Notes under the pieces: generated by a model
What the model was told of the DNA's origin: nothing
Databases searched by the model: none
The model's input: the letters and a program-made list of their open reading frames with translations, nothing else
Shown: piece by piece, positions 16,350 through 26,721 of the stretch
Layout of the letters: every line of letters starts with the position of its first letter
How positions within the stretch are numbered: the first letter of the stretch is position 1
Position numbers and translations under genes: made by a program
Assembly (NCBI GenBank): GCA_963667455.2
Contig: CAXXFR010000019.1
Coordinates: forward strand, 97,181 to 161,180
Origin: Pseudomonadales bacterium
GTDB lineage: Bacteria > Pseudomonadota > Gammaproteobacteria > Pseudomonadales > Azotimanducaceae
Length of the DNA: 64,000 nucleotides
Reading direction: 5' to 3'

Positions 16350-19300
16350 TTATCTGATCGACTGACTGTCGATGTAAACCCTTGCATGATCACTGTACGC
16401 CGACGTCACTCTCGAGAGCTGTGGCAGGAATGGGCTTGATCGAGCCGGAAGCCCGTTGATTTCTTCGATGACCATCTTGCCGTTACACACCGAATGCGGC
16501 ATGTCTATGAACAGTCGGTCAAGCCTCTCGTCTTGGGGCTTCGCAAACACTTGCAGTTTCTTTCCTTGAGCCGTACAAGTGCAAAGTAGCTCGCCATCAA
16601 CAAATCCAAGGTAATTACCCACTCGTCGATCAGGGAGTTCCGGCCATTCGACGCCCATGCCGCAAGGAGCAGCAGGGTCGTAGGCGGACAGCCACACTGA
16701 ATGTTGCGACTTGGCCGCCAGTGCGTGAACCGCATCGGGTCTTGCGAATTGGGGTCCCGACAGCTCCATGAAGAAGATGCCAGATGTCAGTTCTCCAGAG
16801 AGCTCCATGATTCTCAAGGCGTCGAACAGAGCTCGCCATCGAAATACGCCTCCTTCTCGGTTGGCAATCTCTCGCGTAACGACTCCGTAGCGACTCAAGA
16901 GAATGCGAACTCTCTCCTTGGCTTCCTCAAGTTGCTCGATGGGATCGGAATCCGGTACTGACTCGCTAGTGTCGGTTCGATACCAAGTTCCAGGCCTCGA
17001 AGGTTGTCGTCTTCTTCTCACAAGCCTCCTGCGCAGGGTGCCATCGACGGCACCAGAGACTCCGACCCTGAATTTCCGCTCTGCGCCTGTACGAAGCGGA
17101 ATGATGCTGTCGGAAGAGATTTCTCCACGCCAAACGGCACTCCAGAAGACCTCATTGAATTCATCCAAGAGCATCGAGCAGTTGCTTTGAAGTGTGGAGA
17201 ACGTGTACTGCCCTTGTGGATCGACAAAGCCCTGAACCGGCGGCTCATTGTCCTGGCTCTCAGTCGGACCGAAGGCGAGATCATCTGGAAAGCCCATCGT
17301 GATTCGCTCTCGCTCGGTTCCACGCCAACACACCTGTTGCAGTTGCAAGCACTCCTCGAGTTCGTGCTTCGGAATGCTGTTGCAACGGGCCAACCACACG
17401 TCCTTCAGCCAATAGTCGATTGGTGCGCTGTAGCCCCGCAAGCGCTCCACGACATCTACGACAGAGTCCGCACTAGAACGCATCTTCGAGAACTGTTGCC
17501 AGCGTTCGCAGAAAACCGTCCAATTACGAATAGACACCGGTTCAACAGCGGATCTGTTGGAGAGTCTCTGGAGCCGTAGCAGTGCGTCGAGGTTCTCGCG
17601 ATCACAAGTTCGCAGAGTGACTTCGTCTTCGACTTGAACGTCGTCCGTCAGTATTTCCCGAGTCACTAAATCCGAGAGAATGTCGATGACCTGCTTGCGG
17701 TCGAGAGGGATCAGAGCAAGAAATTCCTCTTGTGTGCGAGGGCCGTAGAACTGCAACGCATTGGCAACTGCTTGTGTAGGGTTGTTGCGTATCAACTCAC
17801 TGTTCTCGGCATGAATGAGTCCCCGCCAGCCGGATTCTTCGATCACTTCGACATGTGATGGGATTTCGGCTTCCTCAAACCATTCCGTTTGCGGAATCCA
17901 TACGCGGGTCTTGATCCATTCTTCAAGCTCCAGTGGATCTTCAGGCTCGTAACCGGGCATTCGTCGCTGAAGTTTGAGTTCGAATTCCTCGATCACGTTT
18001 GCCGTAATCGGGGGTCGCAGGCTCGGATCCCGAATTGCCGCCGAGACCAATTCCTCCGACAACTTGGAAGACTTTGTGCCCTCGGGCGAGTCGTCCGCAT
18101 ACATGTAGCGACCGATCTGGTCATACGAAATGTCCGAAGCAAACACGCTGGGCACGCTGTTGCGAACGACGATGATCTCGATCAGTCCGTCCGAAAGACG
18201 AGCTAGCACCTCGCGTGCCGCAATGAGATCGAACTCATCCTGGAGACAGGTGCGCCAAGTCTCCAACAAGACTGGGAAGTCGTCATAATCCTGGGCGGCC
18301 TCAAGTAGCTTCTTGGACTGCATGCGAGTCATCCACAACGGAACACGTTGATCGAAACGGCTCTTGTTCAACAACAACGAACGACCGGCGCACTCTCGGA
18401 ATCTAGCACCAAAGAACCCTGAGTGTTCCAAAGCTTGCGCCAAACGTTCGTCGAGCCGGTCCGGATCGAGAAATCCAAGAATGGTCTGGACATCGGCTTG
18501 TTGCTTCAACTGAATCGCAATCGTGTAGTTGTCGCAAAACATGTCGGGTTCCGACCGGAAAGTCTCTCTCCATGCGGTGGACAGCGCCATCGTGATTGGA
18601 CGGTTAACTCGGCCGCCCCAATTGGTGTGCAGGATTAACTGCTCATCGCTGGCTCCTGACACATAGGTGCCCGGGCCGCTAGCAAGCTGTTCAGCGATCA
18701 AGTTTTCCTGGTGAGGAAGCACGGTAGTTGCGTTGCGCTGTTGTACGAGCAGTTCAACCAAGTCTCGGGCCGCCGTTTTGTCAAATCCGCGGTTGTCGAG
18801 CAGTTCCAACAGTGCAGGCTGGTCGTCTTGACTCAAGAGTTCGTCTGCAGTCTTGAGGAATCGGCCTACCAGACTGGCGAAGTGGAAGTCTCGATCATTG
18901 AATTCGGAGCGAAAGAACGGAACCGCCGCTTCGGAAGTCGGGGCACTGCGCACCGAAACGTCGTTATGCGAAATCGATGAAATCGCCCATTGCTGCGATC
19001 CGAACGTCAGGTTCTGTCCGATCTTGGCTTCCCATACATACTCTTCGTCGAGTTCGCCGATCAGTGCGCCTGTATCGGCGTGACGCAGTCGGTAGTAGCC
19101 CCGATCGGGAATCGCGCCGCCTGAGGAATACAGGGCCATCGCTGCACTCTTTCGAGCCGAGATCTTCTGGGTTGATTGGTCGATGGCGATGCGAGGACGA
19201 AGGCTGCGAATTCTGGCATCTTCGAAACGGCCTGTGAGCATTCCGAGCACTCGATCAAAATCTTGACGATCGAGTTTGGAATAGGAGTAGCTACGAATCA

Positions 19301-20612
19301 GAGATGCGAATACATTGTCGGCACTGCAGCTCTCGGCAACCACTCTGGAGACTATGAGCTGAGCCAGCAAATCAAGAGGAGCTTTCATGGGTTGCAGTAG
19401 CTCGATGTCGCGCTCTTCGATGGCTAGTGCCAATGCGGCCGAATCAATCAGATCACGAGCATGTGTGGGATAGAGCTTGGCGCGAGAGACATCGCCAACT
19501 CGATGTCCCGAACGGCCAATCCGTTGCAGCGCTGAAGAAACGCTCATTGGCGTCTGGATCAGCAGGACTTCATCCAACGAGCCGATGTCGATGCCCATTT
19601 CCAAAGAACTGGTCGCGACGATTGCTTTGAGATCACCTGCCTTGAGTCGGGCTTCGACCTCTTCGCGAATTTCTCGAGACAAGGAGCCGTGGTGCGAGTA
19701 CGCCGTGATCGAATCCGCATCGGAATTGAGGTCTGAAGCTATTCGTTCCGCCATTCGACGCGATTCCGTAAAGATCAGCGTCGAGTCGTTCGTTTGAATC
19801 GAACGGTGAAAGTCCTCGATCAAATGCGGCCAGATCGGTTGGCCGTTCTCTCTCGCTTGAGTCGCCTCGCTCGGAACGTGAACCGAGAGTTCGATCTGCT
19901 TGCTGGTGGTCGACGTGACTGTGTGGACTTTGCGTTGGTTGCCGTTGTTGTCGTAACCGCCAACGTAGTCCGCGACGACGGATAGAGGTCGAACGGTGGC
20001 CGAGAGAGCGATTCGTTGGAACTCACCAGAGAGATCGACGATGCGTTCTAAGGAGGCCATGAGCATTGATCCTCGTCGATTTTCGACCAATGCATGAATC
20101 TCGTCGAGGACTACCGCCTGCACGAGACCGAACAGTCGCTGACTGCGAGCGGCGGTGAGCATGAACAACAGACTTTCCGGTGTCGAAACCAGAATCTCGG
20201 GTGGATGCCTCAGCATCCGTTGACGGGCAGACTGAGGCGTGTCGCCACTCCGGGTAAGCACATTGATGGTTGGAAACGCAAGTCCCGCCGATTTGAACTC
20301 ATGCTCCAACTCGGCAAGCGGTTCGAGGAGATTGCGACGAATGTCGTTGTTGAGCGCTTTCAGGGGTGAAACGTACACGACGCGAATCGCACCGGTGCGG
20401 AGCTCACCCTGGATGAATTTGTCAATGAACGCAAGGAACGCTGTGAGGGTTTTCCCGCTCCCTGTTGGGGCGGAAACAACCACGCTTTCACCGTTCGCGA
20501 CGCGCGGCCAAGTTTGTTCCTGGATCGCCGTGGGCGATCCGTACTTGCGCGAGAACCAATCCCGAATGAGCGGGTGGAAGCGATTCTCGGCTACTGCGCT
20601 CGACTTGGTCAC
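16350..20612 (-). CDS. lhr: ATP-dependent helicase Lhr (large DEAH-type SF2 helicase, 1420 aa)
   Basis: Motifs: AIQEQTWP, SAPTGSGKTLTAF, VVLDEIHAL, SHHGSLS, QRIGRSGH. A long Lhr-type C-terminal extension is present. Confidence 0.9.
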   Translation of the reverse strand: MTKSSAVAENRFHPLIRDWFSRKYGSPTAIQEQTWPRVANGESVVVSAPTGSGKTLTAFLAFIDKFIQGELRTGAIRVVYVSPLKALNNDIRRNLLEPLAELEHEFKSAGLAFPTINVLTRSGDTPQSARQRMLRHPPEILVSTPESLLFMLTAARSQRLFGLVQAVVLDEIHALVENRRGSMLMASLERIVDLSGEFQRIALSATVRPLSVVADYVGGYDNNGNQRKVHTVTSTTSKQIELSVHVPSEATQARENGQPIWPHLIEDFHRSIQTNDSTLIFTESRRMAERIASDLNSDADSITAYSHHGSLSREIREEVEARLKAGDLKAIVATSSLEMGIDIGSLDEVLLIQTPMSVSSALQRIGRSGHRVGDVSRAKLYPTHARDLIDSAALALAIEERDIELLQPMKAPLDLLAQLIVSRVVAESCSADNVFASLIRSYSYSKLDRQDFDRVLGMLTGRFEDARIRSLRPRIAIDQSTQKISARKSAAMALYSSGGAIPDRGYYRLRHADTGALIGELDEEYVWEAKIGQNLTFGSQQWAISSISHNDVSVRSAPTSEAAVPFFRSEFNDRDFHFASLVGRFLKTADELLSQDDQPALLELLDNRGFDKTAARDLVELLVQQRNATTVLPHQENLIAEQLASGPGTYVSGASDEQLILHTNWGGRVNRPITMALSTAWRETFRSEPDMFCDNYTIAIQLKQQADVQTILGFLDPDRLDERLAQALEHSGFFGARFRECAGRSLLLNKSRFDQRVPLWMTRMQSKKLLEAAQDYDDFPVLLETWRTCLQDEFDLIAAREVLARLSDGLIEIIVVRNSVPSVFASDISYDQIGRYMYADDSPEGTKSSKLSEELVSAAIRDPSLRPPITANVIEEFELKLQRRMPGYEPEDPLELEEWIKTRVWIPQTEWFEEAEIPSHVEVIEESGWRGLIHAENSELIRNNPTQAVANALQFYGPRTQEEFLALIPLDRKQVIDILSDLVTREILTDDVQVEDEVTLRTCDRENLDALLRLQRLSNRSAVEPVSIRNWTVFCERWQQFSKMRSSADSVVDVVERLRGYSAPIDYWLKDVWLARCNSIPKHELEECLQLQQVCWRGTERERITMGFPDDLAFGPTESQDNEPPVQGFVDPQGQYTFSTLQSNCSMLLDEFNEVFWSAVWRGEISSDSIIPLRTGAERKFRVGVSGAVDGTLRRRLVRRRRQPSRPGTWYRTDTSESVPDSDPIEQLEEAKERVRILLSRYGVVTREIANREGGVFRWRALFDALRIMELSGELTSGIFFMELSGPQFARPDAVHALAAKSQHSVWLSAYDPAAPCGMGVEWPELPDRRVGNYLGFVDGELLCTCTAQGKKLQVFAKPQDERLDRLFIDMPHSVCNGKMVIEEINGLPARSSPFLPQLSRVTSAYSDHARVYIDSQSIR

Positions 20613-20670
20613 GAACGACTTAGTTCTTGTGCATCAACCATGAGTCAAGGAAGGTCTTGACCGAATAGCT

Positions 20671-21450
20671 CTAGTACCAGTCGTAATCGACTGTTCCCCC
20701 CGCATTGAATACGATGCGTTCGCCCGTCATGTAGGAGTTGTCAGAGGAAATCAGAAAGAGCACCAATTTCGCAACTTCTTCCGGCTGGCAGACATGTCCA
20801 AAAGGGGAAACAGAGTCAAGCTCCTTGATGTTTAGAACGCCTGCTCGGGCTCTCATTAGACGGCGTCCCATTTCAGTGTCAACGAGACCGGGTGCGATCA
20901 CGTTTACGCGAATACCGTATTCGCGCTCCTCCTTCGCCACGGTGTAAGCCAACATTTCTAAAGCGGCTTTTGCCATGTTGTACGGTGCGCCATTCGGGAT
21001 TGGTTCGCTCGTGGCTGCGCTCGAGACCATGATGATGTCCGCTCGTTCGGCATTCCGCATGTCTGGAATGAGAAGCCGACACAATGTATGTGCGGCAAAC
21101 GCATGAACATTGACGACTCGGACCACCTCGTCGGGACTGGTTTCAGCTACTGACAGGCCGCGACTTGCCACTCCTGCATTGCTAATGAATATACACGGTG
21201 GTCCTAGATCCTCTGAAACATGGTTAACCAGCTGTTCGCACTCCTCTGGAACATCAATGCTGGCGGCGTATGTAGCTGCATGTCCGCCATGGGACTTGAT
21301 CGCCTCGACGGTTGATTGGGCGGAGGCTTCGTCTCGACGATAGTTGACGGCAACTGAAACGCCTGCTTCGCCAAGCGCCAAGGAAATGGCACGGCCGATT
21401 CCTCTTCCTCCTCCGGTAACGAGCGCGACTCGCCCGTCGAGCGATGTCAT
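20671..21450 (-). CDS. SDR-family oxidoreductase (FabG-like)
   Basis: Motifs: VALVTGGGRGIGRAI, NAGV, YNMAKAALE. The ATG overlaps the upstream stop (TAATG). Confidence 0.85.
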   Translation of the reverse strand: MTSLDGRVALVTGGGRGIGRAISLALGEAGVSVAVNYRRDEASAQSTVEAIKSHGGHAATYAASIDVPEECEQLVNHVSEDLGPPCIFISNAGVASRGLSVAETSPDEVVRVVNVHAFAAHTLCRLLIPDMRNAERADIIMVSSAATSEPIPNGAPYNMAKAALEMLAYTVAKEEREYGIRVNVIAPGLVDTEMGRRLMRARAGVLNIKELDSVSPFGHVCQPEEVAKLVLFLISSDNSYMTGERIVFNAGGTVDYDWY

Positions 21451-22229
21451 TAGTGACCTTTGAACTGGGGGTCGCGCTTCTCCAGAAACGCTGCAACCCC
21501 TTCAGCGTTGTCCTTCGTGCTGCCTGCTTCCGATTGTAAGCGTGCTTCCATATCCAGTTGCTGTTCGTAGGCGTTGTGCCACGTGGCCCAGTACAAGCGT
21601 CGGATCATACCGAGGGACGCGGGACCTGCCGCAAGTCTCTGAGCGACCTCCATTGCTCCCTCCATCAAGAGCTCGTTGTCGTCGAACAATCTATTGACCA
21701 GACCCCATTCATGAGCCTGTTCTGCGGGCAATCTTTCCGCAAGCATTGAGAGCTCGATGGCGCGGCCCCATCCCAGTAATCTGGGCAACAAGAAAGTCGC
21801 TCCGCCATCCGGCACCAGGCCGATTTTCGCGAACGCCTGTAAGAAGAAGGCTTTCTTGGATGCGCAGACGATGTCGCCCATGATGGCGAAACTCATACCC
21901 ACTCCCGCGGCAGCTCCGTTCACTGCGGTGACCAGTGGAATGTCCATGTCTCGCAACGTTAGGAACAGGGGGTGATAGCCGCCTCGCAAACTTCCGTCCA
22001 ACGAACTGTCGGATTTCGTATCGACAAGGTTTGCTCCGGAGCAAAAGCCTCTCCCGACTCCGGTGAGCAACATGCACCGGGCACCGCTGTTCTTTCTCGC
22101 GATAGTCGAAACGACTTGCTTGAGTTCGCCGAGCATCTCGTTGCCGATCGCGTTCATCACTGTCGGATCGTTGAATCGCACGACGGCAACGTTTCGATCC
22201 ATTTCGAATTGAATCTTGTTGAATTCCAT
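21450..22229 (-). CDS. Enoyl-CoA hydratase/isomerase (crotonase) family
   Basis: Motifs: VVRFNDP..MNA, LLTGVGRGFCSGANL, AVNGAAAGVG, GLVPDGG. Confidence 0.85.
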   Translation of the reverse strand: MEFNKIQFEMDRNVAVVRFNDPTVMNAIGNEMLGELKQVVSTIARKNSGARCMLLTGVGRGFCSGANLVDTKSDSSLDGSLRGGYHPLFLTLRDMDIPLVTAVNGAAAGVGMSFAIMGDIVCASKKAFFLQAFAKIGLVPDGGATFLLPRLLGWGRAIELSMLAERLPAEQAHEWGLVNRLFDDNELLMEGAMEVAQRLAAGPASLGMIRRLYWATWHNAYEQQLDMEARLQSEAGSTKDNAEGVAAFLEKRDPQFKGH

Positions 22230-22293
22230 GAATTGCCTAATATCCCTTCACTTCGACACTGCCGATTTTGCAATAAGTCCACGAGCAGTCGCT

Positions 22294-23208
22294 ATGGATC
22301 TCACACCAAGCTCAATTGAACACTCTGACTTGAGCCCTGTAAAAGTCAGATGGACCGTCGATCAGTCCACTGATCTGAGCGTTCAGGAAGTGCGTCTTCT
22401 GGGAGATGGGTTTGACTTTGTCACGTACCTGATCAATGGTCAATGGGTCTTCCGATTTCCCCTTCGCTGGGAAGTCTCCGACACCTTCTTACGAGAACGC
22501 AAGTTGCTACAACAGCTTTCTCTGTCGGTTTCCACTCCGCAATACTCGTATTGGGTCGAGCGACCGGTAGGGTTCCCCATGCCGGTCGGTGCGTACCAGC
22601 TGATTTCTGGTCAATCCATGGAAATCCTTGTTCCTGAGGACCACGAAGTTCCCGATCTGGCTCGCCAAATAGGAGAGGTGCTCGTGGAACTTCACTCATT
22701 GGAAATTGAATCGCTCGCCGAACGAAGCGACACGGTTCACGATCCGGTGGCGGAAGCATGGGTCTACATCGTACAGCTGGAGGATTTGTCTGACGGAGAA
22801 GAAGATGCCTGCCTAGACTTTGTACGCCAGCACCAACGAAATCGAAATGACGTTGAATCCGTAACTATTCACGGCGACCTCGGTGTGGAACACATCATTA
22901 CGAACAAGGGTGGCGTGGTGCAAGGAATAATCGATTGGTCTAACTGTCGAAGAGGCAATCGATTCTCGGATTTTGTCGGTCTGTGGGGTTGGGGCGGAGA
23001 TGAGTTTGTAATGCAGGTGCTGGAGCACTACCATGCTCGCCCCAGAGCTCGGGATTGGGCGATGATTCGTACCGAAGGTCTGCTGTATTGCTTGATGCGC
23101 GGCAGCTTGGCTGTCCGACGTGAAGATTGGACTCAAGAGTTGTGGTTCAAACGACTGCGCAACCGCCTCGCGGAAGTGGCCGGAACTAACGCACTCGCAG
23201 AACCATGA
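22294..23208 (+). CDS. Aminoglycoside-phosphotransferase-fold (APH) kinase family protein
   Basis: The Brenner/DxD region is IHGDLGVEHIITNKGGVVQGIIDWSNCRRGNRFSDF. I chose the start at MDLTPSS to avoid overlap with the divergent gene; this is uncertain. Confidence 0.7.
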   Translation: MDLTPSSIEHSDLSPVKVRWTVDQSTDLSVQEVRLLGDGFDFVTYLINGQWVFRFPLRWEVSDTFLRERKLLQQLSLSVSTPQYSYWVERPVGFPMPVGAYQLISGQSMEILVPEDHEVPDLARQIGEVLVELHSLEIESLAERSDTVHDPVAEAWVYIVQLEDLSDGEEDACLDFVRQHQRNRNDVESVTIHGDLGVEHIITNKGGVVQGIIDWSNCRRGNRFSDFVGLWGWGGDEFVMQVLEHYHARPRARDWAMIRTEGLLYCLMRGSLAVRREDWTQELWFKRLRNRLAEVAGTNALAEP

Positions 23209-23281
23209 TTGGATGGAATCCATGTCTCAGACGGATCTCTCAAGTGCAAGCATTGTTGTTGCGCATTCAGTTGACTAATCC

Positions 23282-23776
23282 ATGAACGAACTGTCGTTTG
23301 GTCTTGAACTCGCACGAGTAGATGACGCTCGGACACTGGCGATCATGGCTCGAGACGAAATCGAAAGTGGAACGGGATGGCGTTACACTCCCCGCGAAAT
23401 GCGACGATTGATTGCAGAGCGTGAGACGGTCGTGCTCACCGCCCGTCTTGCAACACCGGAGAGTTCGGATGAGTTGATCGCCGGATTCGGCGTGATGCGC
23501 TACCGTTCGCAGGACGCTCACCTGATTCTTCTAGCGGTAGACCGCGCTCACCGACGAAAAGGTGTGGGACGTCAGATGCTTGCCTGGTTGGAGAAGACCG
23601 CCAGAGTCGCAGGAATCGAGCACATACACCTTGAAGTGCGACAGTACAACGCTCCGGCGATAGCGTTCTACGAAGCGTTTGGCTATCGAAAAGTTGAACT
23701 CATACGAGACTACTACCACACTCCGATCGGTACCACCGAGAATGCGTGGTCCATGAAGCGCACCATAGAGAGATAG
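23282..23776 (+). CDS. GNAT-family N-acetyltransferase (RimI-like)
   Basis: The acetyl-CoA site is RRKGVGRQMLAWLEK, followed by HLEVRQYNAPAIAFYEAFGY. Confidence 0.8.
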   Translation: MNELSFGLELARVDDARTLAIMARDEIESGTGWRYTPREMRRLIAERETVVLTARLATPESSDELIAGFGVMRYRSQDAHLILLAVDRAHRRKGVGRQMLAWLEKTARVAGIEHIHLEVRQYNAPAIAFYEAFGYRKVELIRDYYHTPIGTTENAWSMKRTIER

Positions 23777-23843
23777 TCGGGGTCGTCGCCAAATTGCGCA
23801 AGCCCGACCCACGTTGGAGTTTCGAGTCTCGGAAAACTGCGAA

Positions 23844-24848
23844 TCAACCCAGTAGTTCTAATGCTCGGTCAATTAGCGGCGTCATGGACAGCTTCGTCTG
23901 CTCCCAACTTGGATCGGGCCGCTTGCCCCTTCGATGCAGGCTCAAATTGAATCCGGTAATGATTGCGAACTTGTAGGCGGCCAACGCGCGATACCAGCGT
24001 ATGTCGGGCAATTCCGCACCGTACGCATCAACATAGAGTTTCGATAAGGTCTCTGGATCCTGAAAGGTTGGGCGAGCCACCGTTCCCTTGGTCCACGCAG
24101 AGCGGTCGCTGAACGTGCAGATCCATCCCACATCGTTCAATGTTGCACCGATCCCCGTCAATTCCCAGTCAATCACAGCTTTTAAGCGGCCGTTTGTGGT
24201 GTCGCAAAACAGATTGGAAGTTTGGAAGTCCCCGTGAAATATTCCGATGGGCGCGTCGCTCGGAAGTTTGTCCAATAGCTTCTTCCTACAGTCCGGCACT
24301 CCAGAGAGTAGGTGGGGGTCGGCAGCACGTTCATAGAACCGATCCCACCGAATGACATCTTCATCAAACGGAACTGGGTCTCCCAAGTACGGAGCCTTGC
24401 TCGGATCCACACGATGAACATTGGCTAGAGCCGCCATGACCTCCCGAGCGACGTCGAACTGTTGTTCATCGGTAAGTTGGGATGCCCATTCTTCGGGTCC
24501 CAGTCGCAACACGTCACCTTCAAGAAACGGTACGACGAAGTAGGGGCAATCGAACCACTGCAAGTCGTCTCCGGACCACTGAACGGAGCAATGGGGAACT
24601 TCGGTCCCATCCAAAGCGCGAAGTACTTCAGCTTGACGCAAGACGTCGGCGGTTCCGCGCCAATTCACGTTGGGTGGAGGCAGTCGAATGAACCAACGAG
24701 ATTCGATTCCGTTCGATTCGACGCTGAAGCCATACGAGAATCCCGCATGACCGGGCATCGTCGCAACGTCGAACACGGTTGCCGAGTCGTCTTCGAAGTG
24801 ATGAGCACAGAACGGCCCGAGTCGTTGTTGAAGTTCTGCAACGTCCAT
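23844..24848 (-). CDS. APH-fold phosphotransferase family protein (the type usually linked to acyl-CoA genes)
   Basis: Motif: IFHGDFQTSNLF...VIDWELTGIGATLNDVGW. It starts 4 nt after the stop of the upstream CoA ligase gene. Confidence 0.8.
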   Translation of the reverse strand: MDVAELQQRLGPFCAHHFEDDSATVFDVATMPGHAGFSYGFSVESNGIESRWFIRLPPPNVNWRGTADVLRQAEVLRALDGTEVPHCSVQWSGDDLQWFDCPYFVVPFLEGDVLRLGPEEWASQLTDEQQFDVAREVMAALANVHRVDPSKAPYLGDPVPFDEDVIRWDRFYERAADPHLLSGVPDCRKKLLDKLPSDAPIGIFHGDFQTSNLFCDTTNGRLKAVIDWELTGIGATLNDVGWICTFSDRSAWTKGTVARPTFQDPETLSKLYVDAYGAELPDIRWYRALAAYKFAIITGFNLSLHRRGKRPDPSWEQTKLSMTPLIDRALELLG

Positions 24849-24851
24849 GGT

Positions 24852-26396
24852 TCAGATTGGGGCCGGCCCCGGATACTTGTCTCGTAGCAACCGCTTCAAG
24901 ATCTTGCCGGTCGGATTGCGCGGAATGGACTCCTGAAAGACGACGCCTTGGGGTAGTTTGTAACGGGCAACTTTCTCTCCCAGATAGTGCATGACTTCGG
25001 TTTCCGTGAGCGACGGGTCGCGTCGGACGATGATTGCGAGAGGGCTCTCTCCCCACTTGTTGCTGGGTTGTCCAATGACTGCGCTCTCAATGATCTTCGG
25101 ATGGGTTTGAAGTATGTTCTCGATTTCCGCTGGATAGATGTTCTCGCCACCGGAGATGATCATGTCTTTGATTCGATCTTCAATGTAGAGAAACCCCTCT
25201 TCGTCTAGGCGTCCAACATCGCCTGTGTGGAGCCAACCGTTTACCAGCGTCTTCGCCGTATCTTCCGGTCGGTTCCAATACTCGAGCATCACATGATTGC
25301 CTCGCACAAGGATTTCTCCTGGTTCATCGGCATCGCACTCAGAACCGTCCGTCCGCACGATCTTTACATCGGTATGGAAGAAGGGCTTTCCGATTGAACC
25401 AATCTTGCGAATGGCGTCTTCTGCCGCAATCACGGATCCAGGTCCACAAGATTCGGTTAACCCGTAGCAGGTGAGTAGTTCAATTTTCAAATCAGTGTAG
25501 GCATTGATGAGTCCGGGTGATACTGGAGCTGCACCGGTTAAGAACCATCGAAGAGAGGAGTAGTCGAATCGCGATTTGTCTGGTACGTCCAACATGAAGT
25601 TGAGCATCGCTGGCACTGCCAGTCCGGTCGTAATCTGTTCTTCTTCGATGAGTTCCCACACGCGTTGTGGCTCGAAGTTGCGCATCAAGATCGAAGTGAC
25701 TCCCCGATAAACCATGAGAGTCAACGGGGTCAATGCTCCAACGTGGAACAGCGGCAACGCGGAAAGAAATCGGTCGTGCTCACGTAGATCCATCGTCGCC
25801 GTGAACGTTTGGATTGCGCTCGCCATCGTTGTATGCGAGTGAACAACACCCTTGGGCAATCCGGTGGTGCCGGACGTGTACATGATGTAGAGCAGGTCGT
25901 CATCCCCGATGTCGAGATTGGGATCGACATCGGACCCAGCTTCTCGAATGTGTCGATACGGCTTAGCGAACGGAACTATCGCCTCGCCTCGTTCGACCTG
26001 CAGCCACTCTCGCATTTCGATAAGCGATGCTCGGCTGTGCAGAGTTTCAACGACTTCGCTGAACGTGTCTTCAAAGACCAACAGGGAAGAGCCGCTGTCT
26101 TGAAGAATGAACTCCAACTCATCGGGCACCAGCCGCCAATTCAACGGAACGAGGATTGCCCCTATCTTTGCAAGAGCGAAGTAGACCTCAATGAACTCGA
26201 AGCAGTTCGTTAGGAGTAGGGCGACTCGATCACCCTGCTTGACTCCCCGGCTCAACAGCGCATTGGCGATTTTGTTGCTTCTTATCTCGAGTTCTGAGAA
26301 CGAAATGCGTTCACCCGATTGTCCGTCGACGAATGCCTCACGATTGGCTGACAACTGTGAGCGACGTGTGAGCCAGTTACCGATGTTTTGCTTCAA
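24852..26396 (-). CDS. AMP-dependent acyl-CoA synthetase/ligase
   Basis: Motifs: YTSGTTGLPKGV, GYGLTE-like CYGLTES, GWLHTGDVG, and IPRNPTGKILKR at the C-terminus. Confidence 0.9.
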   Translation of the reverse strand: MKQNIGNWLTRRSQLSANREAFVDGQSGERISFSELEIRSNKIANALLSRGVKQGDRVALLLTNCFEFIEVYFALAKIGAILVPLNWRLVPDELEFILQDSGSSLLVFEDTFSEVVETLHSRASLIEMREWLQVERGEAIVPFAKPYRHIREAGSDVDPNLDIGDDDLLYIMYTSGTTGLPKGVVHSHTTMASAIQTFTATMDLREHDRFLSALPLFHVGALTPLTLMVYRGVTSILMRNFEPQRVWELIEEEQITTGLAVPAMLNFMLDVPDKSRFDYSSLRWFLTGAAPVSPGLINAYTDLKIELLTCYGLTESCGPGSVIAAEDAIRKIGSIGKPFFHTDVKIVRTDGSECDADEPGEILVRGNHVMLEYWNRPEDTAKTLVNGWLHTGDVGRLDEEGFLYIEDRIKDMIISGGENIYPAEIENILQTHPKIIESAVIGQPSNKWGESPLAIIVRRDPSLTETEVMHYLGEKVARYKLPQGVVFQESIPRNPTGKILKRLLRDKYPGPAPI

Positions 26397-26721
26397 AGGT
26401 CGTGATCGAAGTCAAACCTGCTTGCTTGTCGATTTTATGTACACGCATCAGTCGCTGATGCGGCGCGAGTCTCACCCCACTGACAGTCGCCGGACATGAG
26501 CAATAGCCAGAATTTCGATCCGAATGAGCGAGGATGCTCAATGTGTCGCAAGTAATCCAACGCTTATATCAGTCATAAAAGCTTGAATTGGTGAACAATT
26601 CGGAATACGCTGAGATTCGCAACCCTGACTGAAGCAGAGTGAACACCCAGCAACCAAGCGAGATCTCGACGGCACGTGATCGGGGAAATGCCGACATCCG
26701 ACTTCGAACTAGATCAGAACC

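Noticed and set aside
16205-16393. A 62-aa minus-strand ORF overlapping the 3' end of lhr.
   Set aside because: It overlaps lhr, has no RBS or motif, and is too short to support.
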